A DNA stretch of 61,074 bases, filler included. It is 5 parts of 5 records of this genome, joined end to end, with 100 filler letters (N's around TTAATTAATTAA, not from the genome) between each part and the next. Parts side by side here need not be neighbours in the genome. Positions count along the whole stretch, not along the records: positions 31,835 to 41,488 come from SRR20825006_2432; positions 41,589 to 49,643 come from SRR20825006_2453; 3 more parts are not named here. One strand, written 5' to 3'. Under the pieces are notes generated by a model, which did not search any database, had not been told where the DNA came from, and was given only the letters and a program-made list of their open reading frames with translations. A program made the position numbers and the translations under genes. The stretch's first letter is position 1, and each line of letters starts with the position of its first letter. Below are positions 37,365 through 48,349 of this stretch, in pieces.

Positions 37365-38605
37365 GCGCCTTGCCGCGCCTCGGATGAGGCCAAGGCCAGC
37401 CCGTCGATCACGGCGGTGAAGGCCTCGCCACGCAAGGCCCGCGCCTGTGGCAGCACCTCCTCGGTCGCGCGCGCCACCACATCCATCAGGCTAGATCCGC
37501 CAACGTAAACCACCGCACCAATGGCGTCAGGGGCAAGCCCCGCAAGTGCGAGTGTATCTCGGATCGCCTCGGACAGCTCGGCCCGGTTGCCCGCCAAACA
37601 GACCGCCAAATCGGCAGGTGTTAAGGGCACAGACAGGCCCTTTTCCACCAAAGACAGGTTCACGGCCGCATCCTTGCCGCCATTGGCACCGATCTTGGCC
37701 GCTTCCACGGCAAAGGCGATGTCATGGCCGAGCTCGGCCTCAAGCACCTCGATCAAACGCACCAATTTTTCCGGTTCAACCGCGTGACGGGCCAGATCGC
37801 GGGCCAGAGACAGGGTGTCACGGGTGTAGAGAAACGGGATTTTCTGCCAAGTCGCCAGATCGTTGAACAGGCTGGCGGGCACGGGCAAACGCCCCTCTGC
37901 CAAGGCGCGGCGCACCTCGGTCCCGGCACCGAGCAAGGGCATGGCGTGGCGCAGGCTGAGCGCACGGTCGAAATGCGTGCCACCCAGACGGATGCCGTGG
38001 GAGGCGAGGACCTCGGCGCGGCCATTCGCTTTGCGAAACAGAGTGAAATCGGACGTACCGCCACCGATGTCCACCACCAAACCGATCTCTCCCGCGGCCA
38101 AATCGCGTGCAGAAAGCGCCGCCGCTTCGGGTTCGGGCAGAAAGCGAATATCGGAAAATCCGGCCATCGTATAGGCCTCGCGCAGGTCGCGTTCGGCCTG
38201 TGCGTCCATCGCGGCATCGCGGGAATGGAAATGCACCGGCCGGCCAGAGACCACACCAGTGACCGGGTTGCGCAGTTGATCTTCGGTGCGCACACGCAAG
38301 TCACGCAGGAACAGCGCGATTACATCCAAAAGGCTTTGCCTTTTGCCGCCAATGGGCCGGGTTTCGCGCAACAAAGGCGTGCCCAGAACGGATTTGAGTG
38401 CCCGCATATAGCGCCCCTCTTCGCCGTCAATCAGCGCGCGGTTGGCGGCAGAGCCAAGCCGCATCCCGCCTTTCGGATCAAAAAACACCGCCGTCGGCAA
38501 AGTCTTTTCACCGGGTTCCAGTTCGACCAGCCAAGGCTGCCCATTCACCGCCACGCCGACGGCGGAGTTGGACGTGCCGAAATCGAGACCAACGGTGAGA
38601 TCCAT
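37361..38605 (-). CDS. Hsp70-family protein (YegD-like)
   Basis: GLDFGTSNS, VSGRPVHF, EPEAAA, VDIGGGTSDF, YVGGSS. Confidence 0.9.
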   Translation of the reverse strand: MDLTVGLDFGTSNSAVGVAVNGQPWLVELEPGEKTLPTAVFFDPKGGMRLGSAANRALIDGEEGRYMRALKSVLGTPLLRETRPIGGKRQSLLDVIALFLRDLRVRTEDQLRNPVTGVVSGRPVHFHSRDAAMDAQAERDLREAYTMAGFSDIRFLPEPEAAALSARDLAAGEIGLVVDIGGGTSDFTLFRKANGRAEVLASHGIRLGGTHFDRALSLRHAMPLLGAGTEVRRALAEGRLPVPASLFNDLATWQKIPFLYTRDTLSLARDLARHAVEPEKLVRLIEVLEAELGHDIAFAVEAAKIGANGGKDAAVNLSLVEKGLSVPLTPADLAVCLAGNRAELSEAIRDTLALAGLAPDAIGAVVYVGGSSLMDVVARATEEVLPQARALRGEAFTAVIDGLALASSEARQGA

Positions 38606-38788
38606 GACGCGCTCCTCAATCAGAAAGTCGCGGTCATAGGCGTTGAGGCGGTGGGCGTAAAGCCTTAATCCGCCTTAAAGCGGCGGGGCAAAAATCCTTC
38701 TTCACCGGTTTTGACCCCACCGCGCGCACCCTTGATATGTGGCACGACGTTTCCATTCAAACCTGTCTCAGGTTTTCGTCGAAACGGT

Positions 38789-40447
38789 TTAACTCGGATC
38801 ACGCCAGCCATTGGCAATCGGATAGCGGCGATCAAGCCAAAACGCCTTGAGCGTCAGGCGCGGACCGGGGGCGGATTGAAAGCGTTTATACTCGGAAATA
38901 TAGAGCAGATGCTCGACCCGCTTCACCGTCTCGCGCGCATAGCCTTTGGCCACCAGATCGGCCACCGATTCCTCATGATCCACCAGCCCTTCGAGGATCG
39001 CGTCCAAGACCTCATAGGGCGGCAGGCTGTCGTCATCGCGCTGATCGGGGCGCAGCTCGGCCGAGGGCGGTTTGTCGATGATCGCCACCGGGATGACCTC
39101 GCCTTCGGGGCCTTTCATCCACGGACGGTGATTGGCATTGCGCCAACGGCATTGCTCGAAGACGCGGGTTTTGTAGAGGTCTTTGATCGGGTTATAGCCG
39201 CCGTTCATGTCGCCATAAATCGTGCAATAGCCCACAGCGACCTCGGATTTATTACCTGTCGTCAACAACATAGAGCCGAATTTATTGGACATCGCCATCA
39301 GCAACAGACCACGCAGGCGCGATTGGATGTTCTCTTCTGTGGTGTCAAACGGCAGATCGCCAAAGATCGGCGCAAGCGTGTCGGTGATCGCGTCCCGCCC
39401 CGCCTTGATTGGCACAAAATCATAGCGACAGCCCAGCCGCGTGGCGATGTCTTTGGCATCCTCAAGCGAGCCTTGCGAGGTGTATTCGGACGGCAGCATC
39501 ACGCAATGAACGTTTTCGGCACCGATGGCATCCGTGGCGATGGTGGCAACAATCGCGCTGTCAATCCCGCCGGACAGGCCCAAAATCACCTTTTTAAACC
39601 CGGTCTTGCCAAGGTAATCGCGCAGGGCCTCGACCATGACCCGGTAATCTTGCTCCCACGCGTCGGGGTGATGGGCAATCTCACCCTCCTCGGCGACCCA
39701 TTTCCCGTCGGTCAGGGTGAAATCGACATGGCGGAGGCATTCATCGAACACCGGCAGGATATGCGCCGGGCGACCATGCCGGTTGAGCACGAAAGAGCCG
39801 CCGTCAAAGACCTGATCATCCTGCCCGCCAACCATGTTGAGATAGACCAGAGGCACATCGTTCTCGGTGACGCGCGACACCATATGGGTCAGGCGCACAT
39901 CGAATTTGTTGCGAAAATACGGCGACCCATTGGGCACCAGTAGGATTTGCGCCCCGCTTTCAACCTGCGCCTCGGCCACATCTTCGTGCCAGGCGTCTTC
40001 GCAAATCGGCGAACCGATCCGCAACAGGTTGATCGCGTAAGGTCCCTCAATCGGACCTTCGGCAAACAGGCGCTTTTCGTCAAATACATTAAAATTCGGC
40101 AAGTGATGTTTGCGCAGGACTTGTTTGACCCGGCCCTCCGCCAGAATCCAATAGCCATTATAAAGCGCATCACCGTAAGCATATGGCGCGCCGAGACCAA
40201 TGGCCGGGCCATCCAACGTCAGCGCCGCAAGCTCTTCCATCATCGCCATGGCCGTGTTCACAAGGATCGGTTTCATCACCAAATCCTGCGGCTGATAGCC
40301 GATCAGGAACAGTTCGGGAAAAGCGATCATATCCGCCTTGGCGGCTTTGGCCTCGGCATAAGCGGTGCGCACTTTCTCGGCATTGGCGGCGATCGCGCCC
40401 ACGGTGGGATTGAGTTGCGCCATGCTCAGGCGGAATGTCTCGGTCAT
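38789..40447 (-). CDS. nadE: Glutamine-dependent NAD+ synthetase
   Basis: Nitrilase domain (FPEL, VFDEKR, ICEDAW) plus GLSGGIDSA, ENIQSRLRG, TTGNKSE, PPSAEL. Confidence 0.96.
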   Translation of the reverse strand: MTETFRLSMAQLNPTVGAIAANAEKVRTAYAEAKAAKADMIAFPELFLIGYQPQDLVMKPILVNTAMAMMEELAALTLDGPAIGLGAPYAYGDALYNGYWILAEGRVKQVLRKHHLPNFNVFDEKRLFAEGPIEGPYAINLLRIGSPICEDAWHEDVAEAQVESGAQILLVPNGSPYFRNKFDVRLTHMVSRVTENDVPLVYLNMVGGQDDQVFDGGSFVLNRHGRPAHILPVFDECLRHVDFTLTDGKWVAEEGEIAHHPDAWEQDYRVMVEALRDYLGKTGFKKVILGLSGGIDSAIVATIATDAIGAENVHCVMLPSEYTSQGSLEDAKDIATRLGCRYDFVPIKAGRDAITDTLAPIFGDLPFDTTEENIQSRLRGLLLMAMSNKFGSMLLTTGNKSEVAVGYCTIYGDMNGGYNPIKDLYKTRVFEQCRWRNANHRPWMKGPEGEVIPVAIIDKPPSAELRPDQRDDDSLPPYEVLDAILEGLVDHEESVADLVAKGYARETVKRVEHLLYISEYKRFQSAPGPRLTLKAFWLDRRYPIANGWRDPS

Positions 40448-40712
40448 GCTCACAGGTCCTGTCTCTGCGTACCGTTGGGCCATGCCTTTGGGCCGGACCC
40501 GCTGGCCTTGCCCTTGGGTTTAGCAGAAAGACCGGCAAGGGAAAGCCGATTGGGGCAAAAACATTTGAAGAGGCCCGCGCTTATCCTTAGGCTGCGCGTG
40601 ACCGCGCGGCGAGAGTTGAAGTAAACGGCTTGGCGCGCAGGGCTGTGCGGCGATCGGCCCATGGACCACCACCCATATGACGGACCAGCATGACTGGGAT
40701 GAGGACAACATA

Positions 40713-41488
40713 GTGACACGCAAGCGTTTCGCGCGCCCCCGGATGGGCCTGACAAGTCTGATGGCTTTGGTGGCATGGATGCCCCTATGGAGTCCCATGA
40801 CGGCTCACGCTCAGGACAATGGCAAAGTGGTCACCCACCAATTTGACGAGGGCGGCGTCTATGAGGGCACCTTTACCGATGGCCAACAAGATGGCGTTGG
40901 CACCTACCGCCTGCCCAATGGCTATGAGTACACCGGCGAATGGGTGAAGGGCGAAATCAAAGGTCAGGGCATCGCGCGGTTCACCGACGGATCGGTCTAT
41001 GAGGGGGCGTTCGAGAAAGGCAAACCGCATGGGTTTGGCAAAATCACCTATGCCGATGGCGGCACCTATGAGGGTGATTGGGTCAATGGCGAGGCCACGG
41101 GATCAGGCGTGGCGGTCTATGCCAATGGCGTGAAATACGAGGGCGGATTTTTGGCCGCAAAGCTGCATGGTCAGGGCCGGATGGAAAGCCCCTCCGGCTA
41201 TGTCTATGAGGGCGGCTGGGTCAATGGTGCCAAAGAAGGCCGGGGCAAAATCGCCTATCCCGAAGGCGCCACCTATGAGGGTGAAATGTCGCGCGACACC
41301 CGCCATGGCAAAGGCGTTTTGACCACCCAAGACGGGCTGATTCTGGATTGCGACTGGGTTGAAAACCAATGCAATGGCACCGGCACGGTCACCCAGCCCA
41401 ATGGCGATGTCTACGTCGGCAATCTGGTTGCTGGCAAACGTCAGGGCAAAGGCCGCGTGACCTATGCCAATGGCGATGTCTATGAGGG
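40713..41488 (+). CDS. MORN-repeat exported protein (3' truncated)
   Basis: Signal peptide ending AHA; 23-aa repeats YEGxxxxGxxxGxG. Confidence 0.9.
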
Positions 41489-41588
41489 NNNNNNNNNNNN
41501 NNNNNNNNNNNNNNNNNNNNNNNNNNNNNNNNTTAATTAATTAANNNNNNNNNNNNNNNNNNNNNNNNNNNNNNNNNNNNNNNNNNNN
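41489..41588. other. Artificial contig spacer
   Basis: N44-TTAATTAATTAA-N44. Confidence 0.99.
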
Positions 41589-41590
41589 GA

Positions 41591-41725
41591 AACTTAAACG
41601 TTACCAATCAAGTAATGGAAATGCGTTGTACTATAACAATTTCTGTACGAGAAAAAGAAGCAGAAACCATTCATACTGTTTTCGATGGTATTTATGGAGT
41701 AAAAATTAAAGAGCTAGAAGATTAA
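41591..41725 (+). CDS. C-terminal fragment of a gene, probably YigZ/IMPACT family
   Basis: Open frame NLNVTNQVMEMRCTITISVREKEAE...ELED-stop; call relies on recalled flavobacterial gene order. Confidence 0.5.
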   Translation, partial: NLNVTNQVMEMRCTITISVREKEAETIHTVFDGIYGVKIKELED

Positions 41726-42123
41726 CTCAATAATTTAAAAAGATCTTCAGGGCATCTTGTTGGTCGTCCAGATTTCATATCAACAAATACTAAAGTTGTA
41801 AAAACTTGAGCTACCAACTGCTTATTAGAATCTTCAATTCTATAAGCAAATTCTATACGTGCACCTACCAATTTTTTTAATGAGGTGATAATGAACAATT
41901 CATCATTATACTTTGCTGGTTTCTTATAGTCTACATTAAGATTAGATAAAGGTAACATGATACCATTTTCTTCCATTTCTCTATAAGATACACCAAAGGT
42001 TTCAAGCCACTCAGTACGCGCTAATTCACAGTAAATAGGATAGTTAGAGTGATGAACAACTCCCATTTGATCTGTTTCTGCATACCTAACTTTAACTTTT
42101 GAAACGTGTTTTTTTTGAGTCAA
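41722..42123 (-). CDS. Acyl-CoA thioesterase (YbgC/FadM family)
   Basis: VRYAETDQMGVVHHSNY...ELARTEWL. Confidence 0.92.
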   Translation of the reverse strand: MTQKKHVSKVKVRYAETDQMGVVHHSNYPIYCELARTEWLETFGVSYREMEENGIMLPLSNLNVDYKKPAKYNDELFIITSLKKLVGARIEFAYRIEDSNKQLVAQVFTTLVFVDMKSGRPTRCPEDLFKLLS

Positions 42124-42225
42124 TTGGGTAATCTTTTTGATTATAATTTGTACTTTGCAAAGTAACAGAATATGAGAAAAAAATAGTTAGCAATCAACCC
42201 TTATTCAATTTTTTTATTCTCTTTT

Positions 42226-42268
42226 TTGTTCACATATTTGTTGCTCGAAAAAAGCAAACTGTGAACCA
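42226..42268. promoter_or_regulatory. Two DnaA-box-like sites in the dnaA promoter region
   Basis: TTGTTCACA (42226-42234) and inverted TGTGAACCA (42260-42268), close to the TTWTNCACA consensus. Confidence 0.5.
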
Positions 42269-42332
42269 CACAGTTTATTTTTTCTTCAAGAATAGCCTCT
42301 TAATATTTTGTTAAAAAACGATTAATCTAACT

Positions 42333-43760
42333 ATGCAGAAAACTGCCGAAACCATCTGGGGAAATTGCTTGTCCTTCATAAAGGATAACATTACACCTCA
42401 AGCTTACAAGACATGGTTCGAGCCAATTAAGGCAGTAAAGTTGACAGACAATGCTTTGAGTATCCAAGTTCCGTCAAAATTTTTCTATGAATGGCTTGAA
42501 GAACATTACGTAAAACTTTTAAAAGTTGCACTTAATAAAGAATTAGGTGATACCGCTAAGTTGGTGTACGTTATACGTATGGAAAACACTTACGGCAATA
42601 AACAACCGTTTACAGAAAGTATTCCTAGTTCTCAAAGAGCACAGATGCAATCCCAACAAGTTGATGTTCCTACAAAATCGAAAAGTCCAGAATTAAAAAA
42701 TCCGTTTATAATTCCTGGTATTCGTAATGTAAAGATAGAGTCTCAACTTAACCCTAACTATAATTTTGAGAGCTTCCTAGAAGGAGATTCTAACAGGTTG
42801 GCACGTTCTGCCGGTATGGCTGTAGCCAACAAACCTGGTGGCACATCTTTTAACCCATTACTTATTTTTGGTGGTGTTGGATTAGGAAAAACACACTTGG
42901 CACACGCCATTGGTGTTGAGATTAAAGATAAATATCCAGAAAAAACAGTACTTTATATTTCTGCTGAAAAATTTACACAGCAATATATTGAATCTGTAAA
43001 GAAAAATAATAGAAATGATTTTATCCATTTCTATCAGATCATAGATGTATTAATTGTTGATGATATCCAATTATTATCTGGCAAAGCAGGTACACAAGAT
43101 GTTTTCTTCCACATCTTTAATCACCTACACCAAAATGGCAAGCAGGTTATCTTAACAAGTGATAAAGCTCCTGTGGACATGCAGGATATTGAGCAACGCT
43201 TACTATCTCGTTTTAAATGGGGACTATCTGCAGAGTTGCAGCACCCAGATTTTGAAACTCGCATTGCTATAATTAAAAGTAAACTTTATCGTGATGGTGT
43301 AGAGATGCCAGAAGATATCGTTGAGTTTTTAGCAAACAATATTAAAACTAATATTAGAGAACTAGAAGGCGCAATTATTTCTCTTATTGCACATTCTTCT
43401 TTTAACAAGAAAGATATCACCTTAGAGCTAGCAAAAAGTATAGTTGACAATTATGTTAAGAATACCAAGCGAGAAGTTTCAATAGACTACATACAAAAAG
43501 TTGTTGGTGATTATTTCCAAATGGATGTTGAAACCTTACGATCTAAGACACGTAAACGTCATATTGTACAAGCTAGACAATTGGCCATGTTTTTTGCTAA
43601 AAAACTTACAAAAGCATCTTTAGCCAGTATTGGATCACAAATTGGAAAAAGAGATCACGCCACTGTCTTACACGCTTGCAAAACTGTTAATAACCTTGCA
43701 GCTACAGACAAGCAGTTTAGAAAATTTGTCGAAGATTTAGATAAGAAATTAGCAGTATAA
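42333..43760 (+). CDS. dnaA: Chromosomal replication initiator DnaA
   Basis: FNPLLIFGGVGLGKTHL, IVDDIQ, RLLSRFKWGL, NIRELEGA, GKRDHATVLHA. Confidence 0.99.
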   Translation: MQKTAETIWGNCLSFIKDNITPQAYKTWFEPIKAVKLTDNALSIQVPSKFFYEWLEEHYVKLLKVALNKELGDTAKLVYVIRMENTYGNKQPFTESIPSSQRAQMQSQQVDVPTKSKSPELKNPFIIPGIRNVKIESQLNPNYNFESFLEGDSNRLARSAGMAVANKPGGTSFNPLLIFGGVGLGKTHLAHAIGVEIKDKYPEKTVLYISAEKFTQQYIESVKKNNRNDFIHFYQIIDVLIVDDIQLLSGKAGTQDVFFHIFNHLHQNGKQVILTSDKAPVDMQDIEQRLLSRFKWGLSAELQHPDFETRIAIIKSKLYRDGVEMPEDIVEFLANNIKTNIRELEGAIISLIAHSSFNKKDITLELAKSIVDNYVKNTKREVSIDYIQKVVGDYFQMDVETLRSKTRKRHIVQARQLAMFFAKKLTKASLASIGSQIGKRDHATVLHACKTVNNLAATDKQFRKFVEDLDKKLAV

Positions 43761-43766
43761 GTTATT

Positions 43767-44219
43767 ATGACTAAAGTTATCATGGTATGCCTTGGTAATA
43801 TTTGCCGTTCACCATTGGCAGAAGGCATTTTAAAGCATAAAACCCAAGGTAAAGACGTAACAGTTGAATCTGCAGGAACAAGCGATTACCATATAGGCAG
43901 TTTACCAGATAAACGCTCTATAGAAGTTGCTAAGAAAAACGGTTTAGACATTACAGACCAACGCGGTAGGCAATTTAAAACTTCAGACTTTGACACCTAT
44001 GATTATATCTATGCCATGGATAACTCAAACTATAATAACATTATAGCACTGGCTAGAAATGAAGCTGATAAAGACAAAGTTCATCTTATTTTAAATTCAA
44101 TTTTTCCTGGCGAAAATGTTGATGTTCCAGATCCTTACTATGGAGGTGACCAAGGTTTTGACCACGTTTACAATATGTTAGACGAAGCTTGCGAGGTAAT
44201 TGCAAAGAAGCTTACTTAA
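43767..44219 (+). CDS. Low-molecular-weight protein-tyrosine phosphatase
   Basis: VCLGNICRSPLAE; DVPDPYYGG. Confidence 0.95.
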   Translation: MTKVIMVCLGNICRSPLAEGILKHKTQGKDVTVESAGTSDYHIGSLPDKRSIEVAKKNGLDITDQRGRQFKTSDFDTYDYIYAMDNSNYNNIIALARNEADKDKVHLILNSIFPGENVDVPDPYYGGDQGFDHVYNMLDEACEVIAKKLT

Positions 44220-44263
44220 AATTTTAGTGCATTTATAGTATATTAGTAGTAAATACATATGCT

Positions 44264-45649
44264 ATGAAAACAAACCTACCTATCACATTAGTATTTATCC
44301 TACATTCTTTCTTTATTCTGCAAGCGCAAAATTTTGAAATCGACACACAATTATTTGCTTCAGGATTAAACCAACCTTTAGGTATAGAAAATGTTGGAGA
44401 CTCGCGTTTATTTATTCCAGAGAAACCCGGAACAATATCTATAGTTAATGCAAATGGTTCTGTAGAACCCACACCTTTTTTAGACATTACAAACTTAGTA
44501 ACAACTAATGGTGAAAGAGGCTTACTTGGCTTAGCATTTCATCCCAATTATACTACCAATGGTTACTTTTATGTAAACTATACCAATACGTCTGGCAATA
44601 CAGTAATTTCTAGATTTAGTGTAAGTGCAGATAATCCAAATTTAGCAGATGAAGATACAGAATTACAACTACTAACCTATAATCAGCCATTTGCTAATCA
44701 TAACGGAGGTGATCTTACCTTTGGTCCAGATGGTATGCTCTATATTGCTAGTGGTGATGGCGGAAGTGGCGGTGATCCTGGTGAACGAGCACAAAGTTTA
44801 AATACGCTATTAGGAAAAATTTTAAGATTAAATGTAGATATTGCTGCTCCTTATATTCCAAACAACAACCCTTTTGTAAACGATGGCGATAACCAAACAT
44901 TAGGTGAAATTTGGGCTTACGGCTTAAGAAACCCGTTTAGAATTTCGTTTGATAGTGCAAACGGTGACTTTTGGATTGGTGATGTTGGGCAAAATGAAAT
45001 TGAAGAGATTAATAAAGTAACACAAAATCCTGCAGCAGTGAATTATGGTTGGCGTTGTTTTGAAGGTAACTCAACTTATGATGATACTTCAGACTGTTTA
45101 AACAGTTTCTCTCCTCACACTCCACCAATAATAGATTATACACAAACAAATGGGCGTTGTTCTGTAACAGGAGGAAGAGTTTACAGAGGTCCAGATTTTT
45201 CAAATTTAAATGGTGTATACATTTTTGCAGATTTTTGTAGTGGTGAATTGGCAAGCATTGATTCTTCACAAAATGTCGACTTCACTACTCCTACAAATGG
45301 TAGTTCTTTTGTGGGTTTTGGTACAAATGACACCAATATGTTATTTGTGGCAGACATTGGAGGATCAATATATAAAATTGTAGACAACATAGCCTTAGGT
45401 GTTCATTCTCAAAATGATACACCTGCTATAACTATTACTCCTAATCCAACGCAATCCTCGTTTAATATTTCTCTACTAGAAGATTATGCACAAGTTGAAA
45501 TTTTCAATATAAGTGGACAACAGGTTCTTCAAAAACGCGTTAATAAAGATGAAGCGATTCAGGTTTCAAACTTAGCAGAAGGTTTGTATATTGTAAGGAT
45601 TATATCGCCAACTGGTAAACATTCAGTAAAAAAACTAATCAAATATTAA
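44264..45649 (+). CDS. PQQ-dependent (GSDH-type) sugar dehydrogenase with T9SS C-terminal sorting domain
   Basis: ERGLLGLAFHP, NHNGG, FGPDGMLY, GLRNPFR, DVGQ; CTD TPNPT...IFNISGQ...GLYIVRI...KKLIK. Confidence 0.9.
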   Translation: MKTNLPITLVFILHSFFILQAQNFEIDTQLFASGLNQPLGIENVGDSRLFIPEKPGTISIVNANGSVEPTPFLDITNLVTTNGERGLLGLAFHPNYTTNGYFYVNYTNTSGNTVISRFSVSADNPNLADEDTELQLLTYNQPFANHNGGDLTFGPDGMLYIASGDGGSGGDPGERAQSLNTLLGKILRLNVDIAAPYIPNNNPFVNDGDNQTLGEIWAYGLRNPFRISFDSANGDFWIGDVGQNEIEEINKVTQNPAAVNYGWRCFEGNSTYDDTSDCLNSFSPHTPPIIDYTQTNGRCSVTGGRVYRGPDFSNLNGVYIFADFCSGELASIDSSQNVDFTTPTNGSSFVGFGTNDTNMLFVADIGGSIYKIVDNIALGVHSQNDTPAITITPNPTQSSFNISLLEDYAQVEIFNISGQQVLQKRVNKDEAIQVSNLAEGLYIVRIISPTGKHSVKKLIKY

Positions 45650-45660
45650 AACATATTTTA

Positions 45661-46398
45661 ATGTCCCATACCTATAAATATCCTGGTATTATTTACTTAA
45701 TTCCTACGCGTTTAGGAATGGACCAACCACATCTAGAAGTTTTACCTATGTCAATTAAAAGAACAGTAGGAACTTTAGATTATTTTATTGCTGAAAATGA
45801 GAAAACTGCTCGTAGATTCATAAAGGCTATTGCTCCAAAAAAATCTCAACCTTCATTAAAGTTTGAGCTTATAAACAAGTTTACAAATGCTGAAGACATA
45901 CCTAGCTTTTTAAATCCGTGTAAAGAAGGACATAACATTGGGCTTTTAAGTGAAGCTGGTTGTCCTGGTATAGCAGATCCTGGCGCAGAGGTTGTAAAAA
46001 TAGCACACCAGATAGGTGTAAAAGTTGTGCCTTTAGTAGGACCTTCTTCTATCCTACTCGCTATGATGAGTAGTGGTATGAATGGGCAAAACTTTACATT
46101 TAACGGGTATTTACCAATAGATGATAAAGAGCGACAAAATGCTATAAAAGCTCTGGAGCGAATGAGTGCCTTAAAAGATCAAGCTCAAATTTTTATTGAA
46201 ACACCTTATAGAAATAATAAAATGCTTGAAACTTTGGTGAATTCATTACATCCAAATACAAGAATTTGTGTGGCTTGTGATATTACATTAACCACAGAGA
46301 TGATATTGACGAAGACAGCAGCAGAGTGGAAAAACACAAAAGTCGATCTCCATAAGAGACCGACTATTTTTATTGTTCAAAAAGATGGTATGTACTAG
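45661..46398 (+). CDS. SAM-dependent tetrapyrrole-methylase-family methyltransferase (RsmI-like)
   Basis: YLIPT, SEAGCPGIADPG, PLVGPSSI, FIETPYRN. Confidence 0.88.
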   Translation: MSHTYKYPGIIYLIPTRLGMDQPHLEVLPMSIKRTVGTLDYFIAENEKTARRFIKAIAPKKSQPSLKFELINKFTNAEDIPSFLNPCKEGHNIGLLSEAGCPGIADPGAEVVKIAHQIGVKVVPLVGPSSILLAMMSSGMNGQNFTFNGYLPIDDKERQNAIKALERMSALKDQAQIFIETPYRNNKMLETLVNSLHPNTRICVACDITLTTEMILTKTAAEWKNTKVDLHKRPTIFIVQKDGMY

Positions 46399-47039
46399 TT
46401 AACTTTAGCCATTTTGTCTTGCTTGACAAAAGACATATCATAACCGCCAAATTTCTTCATATAATAATCTATCGTAGTTCCAAATGCATCACTAAATCCT
46501 GTTGCACCACCACTACGTAAGTATTTTTTTACACTTCCTGGACCAGATAAATGTGCGGCAGCAAGAATTCCAGACTCTGTTATCTTAACGCCATTAATAA
46601 CTTTACCAACACTACGCTTTATATCTCTTCGTAACACCCATTTATTGCGAGATGTATACGCTAAGAATGCTTTTTCTTGTAACTCAGGATTATTCATAAA
46701 CTCATTGGTATCATAAACACCTACCATTTTTAACGTGTTCTTGTTAAACTGGTATTTCCCTAAATAACCAAATTGATTTATAATTGAGTAGTCTCCTCTA
46801 GATTCTTTAAATGCTAAAGCTTCTTTAAAGCCTAAATAACCCTTACCTAATTCTGGATAAACGTTAAGGTTAGAAGCACCCTTAACCATATCAGACAGGT
46901 TTGGCACTGTGTAAAAAAGGTCTAAACCTTTGGTAGAGTAATTATAATCGAATGATGCCTCTTCAGTTGAAAAACTAAACAGGATCGTTGCGCCTATAAT
47001 TGGAATCGCACTTAATCTTAGTAACTTCCTTTTCTTCAT
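46395..47039 (-). CDS. Lysozyme-like-fold exported protein
   Basis: FKEALAFKESRGDY...GYLGKYQF; TESGILAAAHL. Confidence 0.75.
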   Translation of the reverse strand: MKKRKLLRLSAIPIIGATILFSFSTEEASFDYNYSTKGLDLFYTVPNLSDMVKGASNLNVYPELGKGYLGFKEALAFKESRGDYSIINQFGYLGKYQFNKNTLKMVGVYDTNEFMNNPELQEKAFLAYTSRNKWVLRRDIKRSVGKVINGVKITESGILAAAHLSGPGSVKKYLRSGGATGFSDAFGTTIDYYMKKFGGYDMSFVKQDKMAKVN

Positions 47040-47093
47040 AAGTTTTGTTTTCTTAAGCAAACACTAAAAACTGCGTGCTTTTGAAATCGGGTG

Positions 47094-47101
47094 CAAATAT
47101 A
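47094..47101 (-). promoter_or_regulatory. Bacteroidetes -7 promoter element
   Basis: TATATTTG on the minus strand matches TAnnTTTG, about 55 nt upstream of the 47039 start. Confidence 0.5.
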
Positions 47102-47305
47102 CGATACAACTTAACTAACTAAAAAACAATAGGTTAAGTTTTGTGTTTTTAACAGACTTTATTACAATTTTATGAGAATGAATTCCTTTTTAAGATAATT
47201 CATCTGCTAATTAATCTATTAAATTTGCAAAAAATTATGAATAATTTAAAAACGGACTAATTTTTAAGAATATTTCTTATAAAATTCGTTATTTTTAGGA
47301 ATACA

Positions 47306-48349
47306 CTATCTGTTTATTCCTTGCTTATTTATCCACCTTACATACTCCTGTTTATTGCGATTATGCTGCATTAATGTTTTTGCAAATTTATGGTATCCTA
47401 TATTTTGCACATTAGCAACAAAATAAAAATAGTCGTGCTTTTCATAATTAAGCACAGCATCTATAGATGTTATATCCGGCATAGCTATAGGACCAGGTGG
47501 TAACGCTTTATTTTTATAAGTATTGTATGGAGATTCAATTTCTAGATCTTTATATAGTACTCTCTTAATAACAGTATCCCAAGAATTGTTAGATTTTTTA
47601 ACTGCATAAATTACAGTAGGATCTGCATCTAATTTCCATCCGTTTTTATATCTATTAAGATAAACACCAGCAACCGTAGGCCTTTCATCTACTTTAGCAG
47701 TTTCTTTCTGTACAATTGAAGCTATTACAGTTACCTGTTGCGGTGTAAGACCAATTGCCTCTGCCTTTTTGGTGCGGGTTTCATTCCAAAAGTTTCTGTA
47801 TTCTCTTAACATTCTTGCCCTAAAGTCTTCTGCTGTGGTATTCCAGAAAAATTCATATTGGTTAGGAATATACATTCCTAAAGCAGACTCTTGAGTAAAG
47901 TTATGCTCATCTAAAAAGGCTTTGTCTTTCATTGCTTTTAATAATGATATACTATCTGCCTCAATTTGTGATGCTATTCTTCCTGCTAAGTTTTCAATAC
48001 GCTCTTGATTGTTGAATCTTAATTTTACAGGTTTATTCTGGATTCTAAGAGTATTTACAATTTCATTATTGTTCATACCAGATGTAAGCACATATTTACC
48101 TGCCTTTACATTACTTATATAACCTTTACGTTTAGCTATAGCATCAAAACTTTCAATATCTTTTAGAACCGGTTGTAATTGAGATCTTACATCTTTATAC
48201 GTAGAACCAGTTTTTACATATACAGTGTGAGTATCCTTTGAAAAAGAAGTGTTTGCTGAAAATACAGCAGTATATATATTGTAACTAAATATTGAAAGTA
48301 TTACAATACCTAGTAAAGCCGTTATAGCCAAGAGTTTTTTAATGTACAT
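47306..48349 (-). CDS. mltG: Endolytic transglycosylase MltG
   Basis: N-terminal TM; ASIVQKET; AGVYLNR; LDADPT; SPYNTY; LPPGPI. Confidence 0.94.
   Translation of the reverse strand: MYIKKLLAITALLGIVILSIFSYNIYTAVFSANTSFSKDTHTVYVKTGSTYKDVRSQLQPVLKDIESFDAIAKRKGYISNVKAGKYVLTSGMNNNEIVNTLRIQNKPVKLRFNNQERIENLAGRIASQIEADSISLLKAMKDKAFLDEHNFTQESALGMYIPNQYEFFWNTTAEDFRARMLREYRNFWNETRTKKAEAIGLTPQQVTVIASIVQKETAKVDERPTVAGVYLNRYKNGWKLDADPTVIYAVKKSNNSWDTVIKRVLYKDLEIESPYNTYKNKALPPGPIAMPDITSIDAVLNYEKHDYFYFVANVQNIGYHKFAKTLMQHNRNKQEYVRWINKQGINR

Noticed and set aside
40850-41488. 69-nt periodic repeats (TATGAGGG...)
   Set aside because: Explained by MORN protein repeats.
42124-42332. oriC next to dnaA
   Set aside because: Only two imperfect boxes, no clear DUE array and no dnaN; more consistent with autoregulation.
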